From: Candidatus Norongarragalinales archaeon
GTDB taxonomy: Archaea; Micrarchaeota; Micrarchaeia; Norongarragalinales; Norongarragalinaceae
Length of the DNA stretch: 64,000 nt
NCBI GenBank assembly: GCA_038884755.1
Contig: JAWABJ010000001.1
Coordinates: forward strand, 576,001 to 640,000
Direction: 5' to 3'
Shown here: positions 8,601 through 17,260 of the stretch, one piece after another
Layout of the letters: the number at the start of each line of letters is the position of its first letter
Numbering within the stretch: position 1 is the first letter of the stretch
Program-made: the position numbers and the translations under genes
The notes under the pieces: generated by a model
What the model was told of the DNA's origin: nothing
Database searches by the model: none
The model's input: only the letters and a program-made list of their open reading frames with translations

Positions 8601-9769
8601 CCGTAAAGGTCGGTCAGCGACTTGTCTTGGAACCCCTTGCTTTGCAGCCTTGCCTGCTCAAGGTTTTGTTTTAACTCAATGTTAGTTTTGCGTATTTTCT
8701 CAATGCGGTTTATCATCGAAGTTGCGCCCAGGCTTATTCCAAGTGAAACGTACAAGTCAGCCCGGGACCACGCGCCCGTGAAAGCCATCCAGTCTTCATA
8801 AAAAGAAGGCAAGAGAATGTTCGCGCCGCCGTTAAGCGAAAGCGAGGAAATTATCGACCGCCCTACAAACCACTGGTTGCTCAAAGGGTCGTCGAGGTCG
8901 GCGTTCGTTTCGTTAGTTGGCGGGTAGATGTATTTCCCCGAAATGGTTTGGTTTCCTGGAATTCCGTAAGTCAAGTCCGAACCCAAAACCCCCAAGTAAG
9001 AAATCCTTCCTTTAATCGTTCCCTTCAACAAGCAAGAATCTGGATTCAACGCTTGCGCGGCTGCGACTTGCGCGTAAGTGATTTCCCGCTGCTTTCCGTT
9101 TTCCCCGACAGGCCCGGGAATTATCACTTTGAGGTTGGCGTAAGGCTCGGGCGTGCCTTGCGGCAGGGGTTGGACGGTCGGAATCTCGCGGTTTCCGCCG
9201 AGAAAATTGTTGAAAACCTGGTTCCATCGTTCCAAAGCGCTCGAACCCCTGCTGAGCTCTCGGCGCATTATTTCGTTAGCTTGCGAAACGGTGACTGCGG
9301 TGTTTTGCAAAACCTCGTCGGCATTGTCTTGCGAAGCGTCGTAATCCTGCACGTACTTCAACAGCTTTTCCTTCGGAACCCCGAACGCCTGCAGCGAAGC
9401 GAGAGTAACCTGTTGGTCCAAAACCGTCAAGGCTGGCGCTGGGTTCAAAGGAGCGTTCGGGTCGAGGGGGTTCGTAATTTTGGCGCCCTGCTGGTTCAAA
9501 GCAACTTCCAAAGGAACGTCTGTAAGCTGTTGAATTGGCTTTGCTGCAGTGTTAGCCCAAAGGGTTTCCCTCTCCGAGTCGGAAATGGTGCTTACCGTGC
9601 AGCTGCCGCCCGACTTTATTTCCGCGGGATAGGGAATGGTGGACGTGGGCTTTGAAGTCGGAGAGGGAGTCGGGTCTGCCGCGAAGGCGAAGGGAGAAAA
9701 CAATTGGACTAAGAAAAGGGAGATTAAGAATAACGAAAAGGTTTTGTGCGGAAAACGCCTTGGCAGCAT
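5666..9769 (-). CDS. Large secreted/surface protein with C-terminal membrane anchor (hypothetical)
   Basis: ~1367 aa. Signal peptide (..FSLFLISLFLVQLFSPFAFA/A), Pro/Thr linker, internal hydrophobic helices, beta-rich C-terminal third, and an LPSWP-TM-RTRR tail. Confidence 0.8.
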   Translation of the reverse strand: MLPRRFPHKTFSLFLISLFLVQLFSPFAFAADPTPSPTSKPTSTIPYPAEIKSGGSCTVSTISDSERETLWANTAAKPIQQLTDVPLEVALNQQGAKITNPLDPNAPLNPAPALTVLDQQVTLASLQAFGVPKEKLLKYVQDYDASQDNADEVLQNTAVTVSQANEIMRRELSRGSSALERWNQVFNNFLGGNREIPTVQPLPQGTPEPYANLKVIIPGPVGENGKQREITYAQVAAAQALNPDSCLLKGTIKGRISYLGVLGSDLTYGIPGNQTISGKYIYPPTNETNADLDDPLSNQWFVGRSIISSLSLNGGANILLPSFYEDWMAFTGAWSRADLYVSLGISLGATSMINRIEKIRKTNIELKQNLEQARLQSKGFQDKSLTDLYGPIEQRAGAQVFTNTNGDEVLVRTVHLRDEPLLDAAGNPVLDVHGNPIIRPVQAVEVRDTGGALVVREEIGAGQTIDSVLSTHNLNPKRVEREGLEYQIRRSEPVKAAWERAKKQSVPRVSYNLMMGAAWMGPARLAYDMATRNLFAATGFNENKYLKIMVNRPVAEKFRDATNLFGIGKVQELISEYTGGAPSKAFFAGKVFIGNFPSSSESGDSLTSIGSDTGWKINTVWKGNSFAVNFEDVRYPGAEKYTGLHLVSNEILPRPVLNKKFDSATYNFLLTLALPFLIFRSLSAEAGQTLGLAGSLLVAEEVLNIDANFGKGIECSKDIQDELKAKYRTAVLTDYALTLATSYLPLLRTASQFWRNIYTGAAAVGDVTSWIDPLLAWQWYIGNQAQIYTANCRDSQYKILAYQRLPEATNRANQTASQKASNVLQDVSQSFANTFGSEGDKVQNELAKYTEVLNLKTQLQDQQGFVQPDEIVAVHVDRSAWMVPGGIFDTLNGTGCNLEETLPTADGGALVISKNGLKKINKDGSVAFDFNDFYWKLRASSILRSQELARMIVPNHIITTLLDCGDKPFISISASGSAALADKTCPAANCFESELKKLVEFDGTNLEKVFGKISSVDTTLGTASFTGDSITFTRTSLGEAGVATRAPTLEQAAKTAGLGASTAGVSLTVLGNGSVTLSSPRDFGVEEIGILKTIIGEKGKIEYDPVVKRLYVFVYVIGDGKAQTISDVIAKGGTVNSNGKIIPVVNLDLRGKTGFEDVVKQLRDALAKIQQDSQGGKGGMQILETPDKIYKFNPDGTLTITDKKTGATETFKITGQPFTDANGNVVFPTDKGNISFGTGLNAQGQPIINVNGPGFKDSGLLEAAKGPGGIFTFNPSTGAITVYNGQDLPMDPRFASQGMSFIGTPEGTRGVPGTNPFALPPADDGSFQRRRQNLLLPSWPADALWFAAMMGVLLAGVLFVRTRRFEA

Positions 9770-9870
9770 GATTACAATAAGGGCTCGCGCTCTTTTAAAA
9801 AACATCTTTACCGGCGTAAAACGAGTGGGAGAAACGCTTTTTTTATATCCGCTTTGAGTAAAGCGTTCGT

Positions 9871-11421
9871 ATGGTTTCCCTCGCCGCCATAGCTTACTAC
9901 GCGTTTTTGTTCGTAGGAGGCATCGGATTCGGATATTTCGTGCTGCGCTTGACCAAACCCGACGCTAGGCTCATGCGCCCGAACGAAAAGCTCGGCGCTT
10001 CGGCAGTATACGGCTTCGCGCTGTTCGCGATAGCGTTCGCGCTCGACTATTTCATCGCCGGAGAAACACGGTTTTTCGAGGCAGCCGGATTTCTCCCAAT
10101 CACGCTTTTCTTCACGATTTTGCTGAGCGTTTTTTTCCTCAAGGTCGCGGGAGCGTTTTCAAAACCAGAATTCCTCGTAGTGGGGGTTCCGGCGGTTAAA
10201 ACCAGCGCGGCTGTGGCCGCGGAAAAAAGCATTTTGTCGCCCACTGCAATCCGAGAGCCTGCGCCGCAGGCTCAAACGCCTTTTAAAACCCAAACTCAGC
10301 CGTTCAAGGAAATAACTTCTTCAAGCGCGCCGGTCGCCGGCGTTGCTATAGGAGACTTGGTTTCAAAACGCGCGCCTGCCGAACAAAAACAGACTCCACA
10401 AATTGTGAAAAAAGAAATTCCTGCCGCGCCAACGCCCACGCAGCCTGCAGCGCTTCCAAAGAGGGAAACGCCCTTGCCTTCGCAACAACCGCCTCTTTCA
10501 AAAATTGATTTGCAGTTCGAGCCGCGCAAAAAACCCGAAGAGCACAAGAAAGCGGGAATGGACGGGTTTTTCGGCGGAATCGCGAATGCGTTGGGAATTG
10601 GAAAGCGCGAGCAGGGCGAAATCCAAATCGCTAAAGTAAAGGAAGAGCGGGTCGCTCCGAGCGAGATAGCAAAGCAAATCGCCCCAAAAAAACAGGAAAT
10701 TCCGGAAAAGAATGAGGCGGGTGCAATAGGGGAAGACGCGGAGTTGAAGGAAAAGGAATTGAAGAAAATAAAAGAGGCGGAGTTGGAGGAGATAGCGAGA
10801 GAACTCGCGGGCGAGGAGAAGGGTGGAATCGAATCTGAGATAACGCACAGGCGGTATTTGGAAAAAAGCGCGGGACAGCAAAAACCGGCGGCGCAGGAAA
10901 AGAAGAAGGAAGTTTCTGAAGAGGAAGAGTTTGAAAGCATGGTGCAGGAGGTTTACAACCAGCTTCAAATAAGCAAAACGCGCGCGGAAGTGAGCGACAA
11001 GCTCAAGCTTTCACCCCCGCCGGCCGAAGGCAAGGCCGAACAGAAGATATCCGCAATGCAGGCGGAGCCTTCGCAGCCGCAGCTTTCGCCCATCTCCTTG
11101 TTTTCCGAAGAGCCGGCGAAAACCGCACCAACGCCTTTGCCTTCACCTTCATCGCTGTTCGACCAGTTGAACGCAATTTCCGGCGGTGGCGCTGGCACAG
11201 CGCAAAAAACCGAGGCCGACGTGAAGTTCGTGAAAATCCCTGCGAACGGTGCGGGATGCCCGCGCTGCCACGCAAGCAACTCGCGCATAGTCTTCTGTCC
11301 TTACTGCGGAAGCGGAATGTGCGCCAATTGCACGCCGCTCATCACGCCAAAAGAAGACGGTTTCGATTACGCTTGCCCCAAGTGCGGGGAAAACGTTTTC
11401 GTGAAAAGGCAGCCTCAGTGA
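9871..11421 (+). CDS. Membrane protein with low-complexity/coiled linker and C-terminal double zinc ribbon
   Basis: Three N-terminal TM helices, a Pro/Glu/Lys-rich middle, and C-terminal CPRC, CPYC, CANC, CPKC. Confidence 0.8.
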   Translation: MVSLAAIAYYAFLFVGGIGFGYFVLRLTKPDARLMRPNEKLGASAVYGFALFAIAFALDYFIAGETRFFEAAGFLPITLFFTILLSVFFLKVAGAFSKPEFLVVGVPAVKTSAAVAAEKSILSPTAIREPAPQAQTPFKTQTQPFKEITSSSAPVAGVAIGDLVSKRAPAEQKQTPQIVKKEIPAAPTPTQPAALPKRETPLPSQQPPLSKIDLQFEPRKKPEEHKKAGMDGFFGGIANALGIGKREQGEIQIAKVKEERVAPSEIAKQIAPKKQEIPEKNEAGAIGEDAELKEKELKKIKEAELEEIARELAGEEKGGIESEITHRRYLEKSAGQQKPAAQEKKKEVSEEEEFESMVQEVYNQLQISKTRAEVSDKLKLSPPPAEGKAEQKISAMQAEPSQPQLSPISLFSEEPAKTAPTPLPSPSSLFDQLNAISGGGAGTAQKTEADVKFVKIPANGAGCPRCHASNSRIVFCPYCGSGMCANCTPLITPKEDGFDYACPKCGENVFVKRQPQ

Positions 11422-11424
11422 TGC

Positions 11425-12273
11425 TCAAGCAAAATCTTCTTTCGACTGCCAAATGCAAATGCGCGTTTTGTATTTGATGAATTTCGAGTCGAGCGAGCCG
11501 CCGCTTGTATCCGAGTACAAAACTTGGAACGGGGATGAAACCGCGAGAATCTGGTATCCGGAGCGCAATGCGGAAAAACACCCTGGCACTTCGCTTGCCG
11601 CACCGTTCTGTGCCTTGTTGCTATATCCTCCCGCCGTTTCCACCCCTACGACGTTCAAGTCTTTGGAATTCGTTATCTCGGGCCCGATGTAATGCACTAT
11701 GCCCTGCGGGGTTCCGCCCGCAATGCCGGGCGCGTCTTGCGACAAGATAGCTTCGAAGTAATACTTGTATCCGGAGAAAGAGAAGGGCTTCATGAGTTCC
11801 TTCAGCGCGCAGCGCACTGCAGTGCGTCCCGGCACTCTCGCTCCGCCGGGCGGCGTGCCGAAACTGTCGTCGAGCTTTGGCATCGCCCCGCCTACGGCAA
11901 GCGTTGGGTCGGAGTCGGCCAAATCGCGTTTCATCAAATCCGTCACGCGCAGGGTTCCTGGATAGTCTTGCAACTGCGCACAGCCGTCGTCGGAATCGTC
12001 CAAATCGTATTTTGCGTTGGTTTCAAAACCGCTTTGCGTGAGGGCTTTCTTGTAAACGTCAATGCCGTCGCTTCCCACGCCCGTGAGCGTGGACGCGTCG
12101 ACGTAATACAGCGCTTTGGAAACGCTTTGCATGTAATTCAGCACGTACGCACTTCTCAAAACCTGGTCTTGGTCTTCGCCCCACGTGCCGACGAAATTGA
12201 AAATCAAGACCGACGAGAAAATGGACACCAATAGGAGTATTATCGCGTCGGTGATTGCCGCTTGGCTTTTCAT
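11425..12273 (-). CDS. Class III signal peptide (pilin-like) protein
   Basis: MKS/QAAITDAIILLLVSIFSSVLIF; ATGA overlap with the upstream gene; four Cys in the globular domain. Confidence 0.75.
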   Translation of the reverse strand: MKSQAAITDAIILLLVSIFSSVLIFNFVGTWGEDQDQVLRSAYVLNYMQSVSKALYYVDASTLTGVGSDGIDVYKKALTQSGFETNAKYDLDDSDDGCAQLQDYPGTLRVTDLMKRDLADSDPTLAVGGAMPKLDDSFGTPPGGARVPGRTAVRCALKELMKPFSFSGYKYYFEAILSQDAPGIAGGTPQGIVHYIGPEITNSKDLNVVGVETAGGYSNKAQNGAASEVPGCFSALRSGYQILAVSSPFQVLYSDTSGGSLDSKFIKYKTRICIWQSKEDFA

Positions 12274-12845
12274 CTCGTAGAATTTCCTTTCCATGTAATC
12301 ACGTTTACCACACCCAGTCCGTTCGTGAAACTGTCTGCGTCAGGACAGGGCACTGCGACTGGAAAGCTGGCGAGGACGCTGTCCCGCGGTTGTTCCAAAA
12401 GCCCGTTTGAAGGCACGTTGGGGTCGTTCGAGCAGGAAAACCACGTTTCCCCCACGCTCTCTGAAGCATCGACGTAAAACGGGCTTGTTTTCTCTGTTTC
12501 CGGAGCATAAGGATTCAACTGAGTGTTGGCGCTTTTGTAGTCTATGGGAATGCCGTTGCAAAATCGCTTTAGGGTAATCAAATATTTTACTCCTAGGGAA
12601 GCGGCGCGCGGCTTGACCTTTCCGTCGCATGTTGCTGCAAGCGTGCTGTTGTCTATGAAGCCCGTTTCCGTGACGAGGTACGACAGCGAAATGAGTCCGT
12701 CGCGGATTTCAAGCTGTTTTGCTTTCGCGGAAATCAATTGGTTCGCGTAAATGATTGTTCCGGTGAAAATCAGTATGGCGAATACTATTGGGAAAATGCT
12801 TGGAATGTCGTCGCCAAGCGGGCCTATGTACGCTTTAAGCTTCAT
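12270..12845 (-). CDS. Pilin-like protein
   Basis: MKLKA/YIGPLGDDIPSIFPIVFAILIF followed by a Cys-containing domain; lies inside the pilin operon. Confidence 0.7.
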   Translation of the reverse strand: MKLKAYIGPLGDDIPSIFPIVFAILIFTGTIIYANQLISAKAKQLEIRDGLISLSYLVTETGFIDNSTLAATCDGKVKPRAASLGVKYLITLKRFCNGIPIDYKSANTQLNPYAPETEKTSPFYVDASESVGETWFSCSNDPNVPSNGLLEQPRDSVLASFPVAVPCPDADSFTNGLGVVNVITWKGNSTR

Positions 12846-12854
12846 TTTTTCACC

Positions 12855-13508
12855 TTACGCGAAACGGCATTCGGACACCGCGTCCAGTTTCAGGCACTTG
12901 TCTGGGTCCACGCTCGTCGAGCCGGGAAAAACGTAATTGCAGTTCTGGAGGTACAAGAACGTCTTCCCCCGAAAGGTCGATTTCTCGCGGCACCGCAGCA
13001 CTATCAAGTAAGAACTCCTGTCCCCGGGGTTGGACGGCGTGAGATGCAGGGTTTTGAAAACGTTAAAGCCGAAACGTTCTTCAATAATGTGCTTCGAGTC
13101 GGTCCCGTCGGAAGGCACGTGCGAAGGCTGGAATACCACGTTGTCTTCGTCAATGTTGCCGTATCCCACGCTTTGAAATGCGATGCAGTCTTTCGAGTCG
13201 GTGGCAACGCCCACCACCAGGGTTTTGGAGTCCGGACGCTTGGTGATGTTCACCACGTACCGGGACCGGTCTTTTTCTCCCACGTTCAGAGCAGCAACAA
13301 GCGGAACGAGTTTCCGCTCGTCTTCCGCGGGGGAAGTCAAAACCTGGTTTATGGAAGAAGCGATTTGCCTTGCCGCAAGCTCGGCTTGCGTTTGACACAA
13401 TCCTTTTTGTTCAGCGTTGGAAAACAACAGGACTATCAAAGCCAAGCTCGTTATGAAAAACACCATCGCGAAGCGCGTGAGCATCGAAAGTTCGATTTGA
13501 CTTTTCAA
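12855..13508 (-). CDS. Class III signal peptide (pilin-like) protein
   Basis: TTG start, MKS/QIELSMLTRFAMVFFITSLALIVLLF; six Cys. Confidence 0.75.
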   Translation of the reverse strand: MKSQIELSMLTRFAMVFFITSLALIVLLFSNAEQKGLCQTQAELAARQIASSINQVLTSPAEDERKLVPLVAALNVGEKDRSRYVVNITKRPDSKTLVVGVATDSKDCIAFQSVGYGNIDEDNVVFQPSHVPSDGTDSKHIIEERFGFNVFKTLHLTPSNPGDRSSYLIVLRCREKSTFRGKTFLYLQNCNYVFPGSTSVDPDKCLKLDAVSECRFA

Positions 13509-13510
13509 TT

Positions 13511-14179
13511 TTAATCAGCCGCCGTAGCGCAAACCTCGATCGAACCCCGCTCGTTCCCGCCGGCGAGTTCGGTTGTTTTCGTGAGTTTTATCTTGAAAGA
13601 ACGCACGTCCAAGCCCGACAAGGTTTTCCAGCGCGAGGGGCTGGTGGGGTCGCCTTCCCTCCAAACGCTCGTCGTGACCCCGAAGTCTGTCGGATTGCAA
13701 CCGGCCTCTTGGAAGCAAGGGGCGTTCGAAAGCTGAATCCCCCCGGCGCATTCTTTTATTTGAACGTCGCCAGCCATGTTCACGCAGGAAATCGCGTCGG
13801 GAACTTGCGAATAGCGGTTTCTATTTGCTGGGTCGCGGGAGATGGGGACAACCTGCCAGCAATACCCGTAATTCCCTTGGCACAAACGGCAATACTCAGG
13901 CTGCAGGTAAAGCACGAATTGCAGTCCGTCGACTTTCTCGTTTCCGCAGGTGGGCAAGTCGAAATAAACGGTGCGCGTTGTTCCCGCGCTTCCCAGCGCC
14001 ACGTCGATCATCGCGTTTTTCAACTGTTGCGTTTGCGTCTTGAGCGTGGCGACGCACTTTCCTTCCTCCACGTCGCCAATGACTTTCAACCCCAAACCCA
14101 AAGCCATGGCGAGGATTATTACTGCTACGAAAAGCTCTATAGGCGCTGACACTTGAGATTTGAAAAAGCGAATGCGCAT
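13511..14179 (-). CDS. Class III signal peptide (pilin-like) protein, Cys-rich
   Basis: FFKS/QVSAPIELFVAVIILAMALGLG; about ten Cys. Confidence 0.75.
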   Translation of the reverse strand: MRIRFFKSQVSAPIELFVAVIILAMALGLGLKVIGDVEEGKCVATLKTQTQQLKNAMIDVALGSAGTTRTVYFDLPTCGNEKVDGLQFVLYLQPEYCRLCQGNYGYCWQVVPISRDPANRNRYSQVPDAISCVNMAGDVQIKECAGGIQLSNAPCFQEAGCNPTDFGVTTSVWREGDPTSPSRWKTLSGLDVRSFKIKLTKTTELAGGNERGSIEVCATAAD

Positions 14180-14223
14180 GAGTTGATTAAGAAAAATCTG
14201 TTTAAAACGAGTGCGTTTTCAAT

Positions 14224-14409
14224 TCAAGAAAAAGCCAAGGCGATTGAATTCAAAACCTGCCTGGCGGTGTCGGTTGTTTGCGAGGCAGTTCCGCTCGCCT
14301 GGTTGAACAGCGGCTTTACGAAAGTCACCAAAAGGATTACGGCTATCGCTATCACGATAATCATGTAAATGGGAGTCCAATTCTGCCCTTTGCTCGCATT
14401 GCCGCGCAT
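14224..14409 (-). CDS. Minimal 61-aa pilin
   Basis: SKG/QNWTPIYMIIVIAIAVILLVTFV then a short amphipathic tail. Confidence 0.7.
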   Translation of the reverse strand: MRGNASKGQNWTPIYMIIVIAIAVILLVTFVKPLFNQASGTASQTTDTARQVLNSIALAFS

Positions 14410-14444
14410 AAACGAAAGAAAGGTGAAAGGCGTTAATTAATCTT

Positions 14445-14915
14445 TCAGGATATGCCGCACTTGGAGGTGCAGGCGGTCCTGGCTTCCTCGGGATTTCGTC
14501 CTACTCCCACGCAGTACTTGGGGTCTGTAGGGCGGGTGTCGTCGCCGCAAATCACTATTTGCGCTTCAATCCTTATGTTGGCCTCTATCTTGTCGTCGGT
14601 AACGTCGAGCTTGTCGGCGGTGCAAATGCTTCCGTTGCACGCGAAGGCGAGTTCGGACGGGTCTATCGGAACGTCTTGGATGACAGAGCGTTTTACTATC
14701 AACGCGTCTTTCTCGAAAGTCGCCTTCTTTGCGGTCGTAATCCCAAAGCCTTTCGACTGCACGGTTTTCAAGCCGTCTTGCATCACGGCGCTCGGGTCTC
14801 CGACGCCGAAGCTTATTCCCCCGAGGATGTTCAACAAAACTCCCAAAATCGCCAAAGCCACGATTACGCTTATCACTAGCATCATGGTTTCGAAAGCTTG
14901 CCCTTTCAAACGCAT
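14445..14915 (-). CDS. Class III signal peptide pilin (candidate major pilin)
   Basis: MRLKG/QAFETMMLVISVIVALAILGVLLNILGG; GGTG RBS upstream; six Cys. Confidence 0.8.
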   Translation of the reverse strand: MRLKGQAFETMMLVISVIVALAILGVLLNILGGISFGVGDPSAVMQDGLKTVQSKGFGITTAKKATFEKDALIVKRSVIQDVPIDPSELAFACNGSICTADKLDVTDDKIEANIRIEAQIVICGDDTRPTDPKYCVGVGRNPEEARTACTSKCGIS

Positions 14916-14998
14916 TGAAAATTCACCCCGAACAACACCGACTGAAAGCATTACAGAATCGTGCTTTTAAAGCTTGCAATTTGCGGCCGAGCGCGGGT

Positions 14999-17212
14999 TC
15001 ACCCGACTATCGCGCCTATGAAGTTCGCGGAAAAGAACACCACCGCGCAATACAAGAGTATCGCGATGGGCAAGGCTTTTGCAATCGAAACGTAAGTGTG
15101 CAGCTTGTTGTTCGTGTCTTCGATTTGCGAGTTGAAGTAAGTGAGAATGGCGACTACTTGAATGACATAAACGCCCATTATGAAAACGAAAGTCGCCGGG
15201 TCCGCCGTTGATTTCAGCGCGTCGCTTTGGCTGAAAAGCTTGGTGAGCCCGCTGAATCCTCCCGCGCCCGTCCCTTCCAACTGGGGAAGCGTGGAGCCGG
15301 CGCCGGACTGCTGCGACAAGGAATTCACGATAATGCGCTGCAGCGCCGACACTACGCCCAGCACTATGGGCGCGACGAAAACGCTCATTGTTTTCAGCAT
15401 GGTCGTGACGTCTGCAAGCAAAGCGCGTAGCGCCTGGTCGGTTTTCTGGGCGTTGCGCAACTGCATCGACAGGCCTATCAGCGATTTTGCTGCGACGTTG
15501 ACTCCCAACTGCACGGCGTCAATCATGAACTGCAACCCGCTGCGGATGGTGCGCGAAGGCAGGTTTTTCAACACTCCGAAAGTCTTGTCGAAAACCGCGG
15601 CGTCGAGGGTCATGCCCAGCAAAGTGATGTTTTCGAGAATGCGTTTGAAAACGTCTTTCCCGATCCTGCTTTTGGGAAGGAATTGGACCGAAGAGCGAAG
15701 GGCTTCCTCGATGGGCTTATTTTCTCCAAGCCGCGAAGCGAGCACGTACAACGCGTCTTGGAACTCGCTTTCCATAAAGCGGATTTCGTCCTGCACTCGC
15801 TTTCGCTCGAAATACTCGCCCAACAGCCACAAACTCGCCAATAGAGAAAACCCGATGAGCAGACCGAATATCGTAAACTGCCCGATGAAAGTTCCTTGCG
15901 GGATTAAAACAAGCGGGCCTAAGCCCAAAGCGTTTTTGTCGAAGAAAGTAAAATGTGGGAGAGAAGCTATTGCTTCTGCTCGGGAAGCTTCGTCCAAAAA
16001 ATCCGGAACTGTTCCCAGCGTTCCGCTTATGACCAGCCCTTCATCCACCCCGGCGCCGGCAAGCGAATTGATTTGATTTTGAGTCCAGCCTTGGTCGGTC
16101 AAAAACCCGAGCGAAAGCAAAAGCACGAAGAAAATCACGCCCAGCGTTTTCGCAGGAATCACCGCGGAACCGAGCTTGAACGACCCTCGCGGGGGCAAGC
16201 CGGGGTGGTTTTCTGGAACGTCGGGAGGAACGTAAGTTGGAGGGCGGGATGAAACGATGAAAGAGCCAAAAGCGAAAACCAAGAGGGGAAGGAAAAGGTT
16301 GTAGGCAATCAGCAAATACTCTGCTTTCGCTAACGCTATGTTGGCGAAAGCCCCGCCTATCGGAAGAATAATCGCCAAAAGCAAGGGAAGCAAAATCCCG
16401 AAGTAATACAAATAAACCGTGGGCTGCTGCAGGTTGCGCGCGTACACGTCCATTTTTTCCCGCGCGCCTTCAAGCACGTCGGCATTCGCCTTCGTCAGCA
16501 AATCTTCGCGTTTTTTCGCGTCCCCCTCGAGGACGGAAGCGCGGATGAGCATCAACGCCTGCTTGAAGTCTTCGTTGTAAGGCCCCCATTTGTACGCCAG
16601 TTCGTCCAAAGCTTCCTCCACGCTCTCGTAACGCCCCAACTGCAAGTCCCAAACTATTTCCTTCAATTCCTCCGCAATCTTGCCTTGCCCGTGGTTTGCC
16701 GCGAATTCCACCGCCTTCTCGAGATTAGGCGTCAAACGCAAGCTCATCGTAAGGTAATTCACTATTTCAGGCACGTAAGCCAACGCAAGCAGTTTTTCCT
16801 TTCCGGCCGCCTGCTTGGGGTAGTTAGAGTAAACGAAAGGCGCTACTACCGCAGCGAGAAGCATTATTCCCACCAAGGCCATGAAAAACGGGTTTTCAGG
16901 GTTCTGGTCGAAAACCGCGAAGAAAGAAATTCCGCCTACAACGAGAGCCAAGCCTAGAAAAAGGAACAGGATTCCGAAGTACGCCGAGCGGAATTCCTTG
17001 GGGGAAACGTCCCACTCTAAAAACGAGAACGCCTCCTGCTGTTCCTGCGTGAATTCCGCCTTTCTTCCGAACGAAGGCGCGATTTTAGAGAAAAATCGGG
17101 TTGCGCGCAGGAAAAGAGGCTCTTGCTCGGGCTTTTTATCTCCTCCCGATTGCCTTTCGCGAGGCGGTTCGTACAAGCGTTCCCTCTCTCGTTCCCTTTT
17201 TGGCGCAGGCAT
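14999..17212 (-). CDS. Type IV pilus/T2SS membrane platform protein (fused TadB-TadC-like)
   Basis: 737 aa, multi-TM, with two T2SSF-like halves (MSLRLTPNLEKAV..; LASRLGENKPIEEAL..); directly downstream of the secretion ATPase. Confidence 0.82.
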   Translation of the reverse strand: MPAPKRERERERLYEPPRERQSGGDKKPEQEPLFLRATRFFSKIAPSFGRKAEFTQEQQEAFSFLEWDVSPKEFRSAYFGILFLFLGLALVVGGISFFAVFDQNPENPFFMALVGIMLLAAVVAPFVYSNYPKQAAGKEKLLALAYVPEIVNYLTMSLRLTPNLEKAVEFAANHGQGKIAEELKEIVWDLQLGRYESVEEALDELAYKWGPYNEDFKQALMLIRASVLEGDAKKREDLLTKANADVLEGAREKMDVYARNLQQPTVYLYYFGILLPLLLAIILPIGGAFANIALAKAEYLLIAYNLFLPLLVFAFGSFIVSSRPPTYVPPDVPENHPGLPPRGSFKLGSAVIPAKTLGVIFFVLLLSLGFLTDQGWTQNQINSLAGAGVDEGLVISGTLGTVPDFLDEASRAEAIASLPHFTFFDKNALGLGPLVLIPQGTFIGQFTIFGLLIGFSLLASLWLLGEYFERKRVQDEIRFMESEFQDALYVLASRLGENKPIEEALRSSVQFLPKSRIGKDVFKRILENITLLGMTLDAAVFDKTFGVLKNLPSRTIRSGLQFMIDAVQLGVNVAAKSLIGLSMQLRNAQKTDQALRALLADVTTMLKTMSVFVAPIVLGVVSALQRIIVNSLSQQSGAGSTLPQLEGTGAGGFSGLTKLFSQSDALKSTADPATFVFIMGVYVIQVVAILTYFNSQIEDTNNKLHTYVSIAKALPIAILLYCAVVFFSANFIGAIVG

Positions 17213-17260
17213 GAAACCATTACGCTTGAACGAATAAAAACGTTCAGAAAACAGAAAAAA

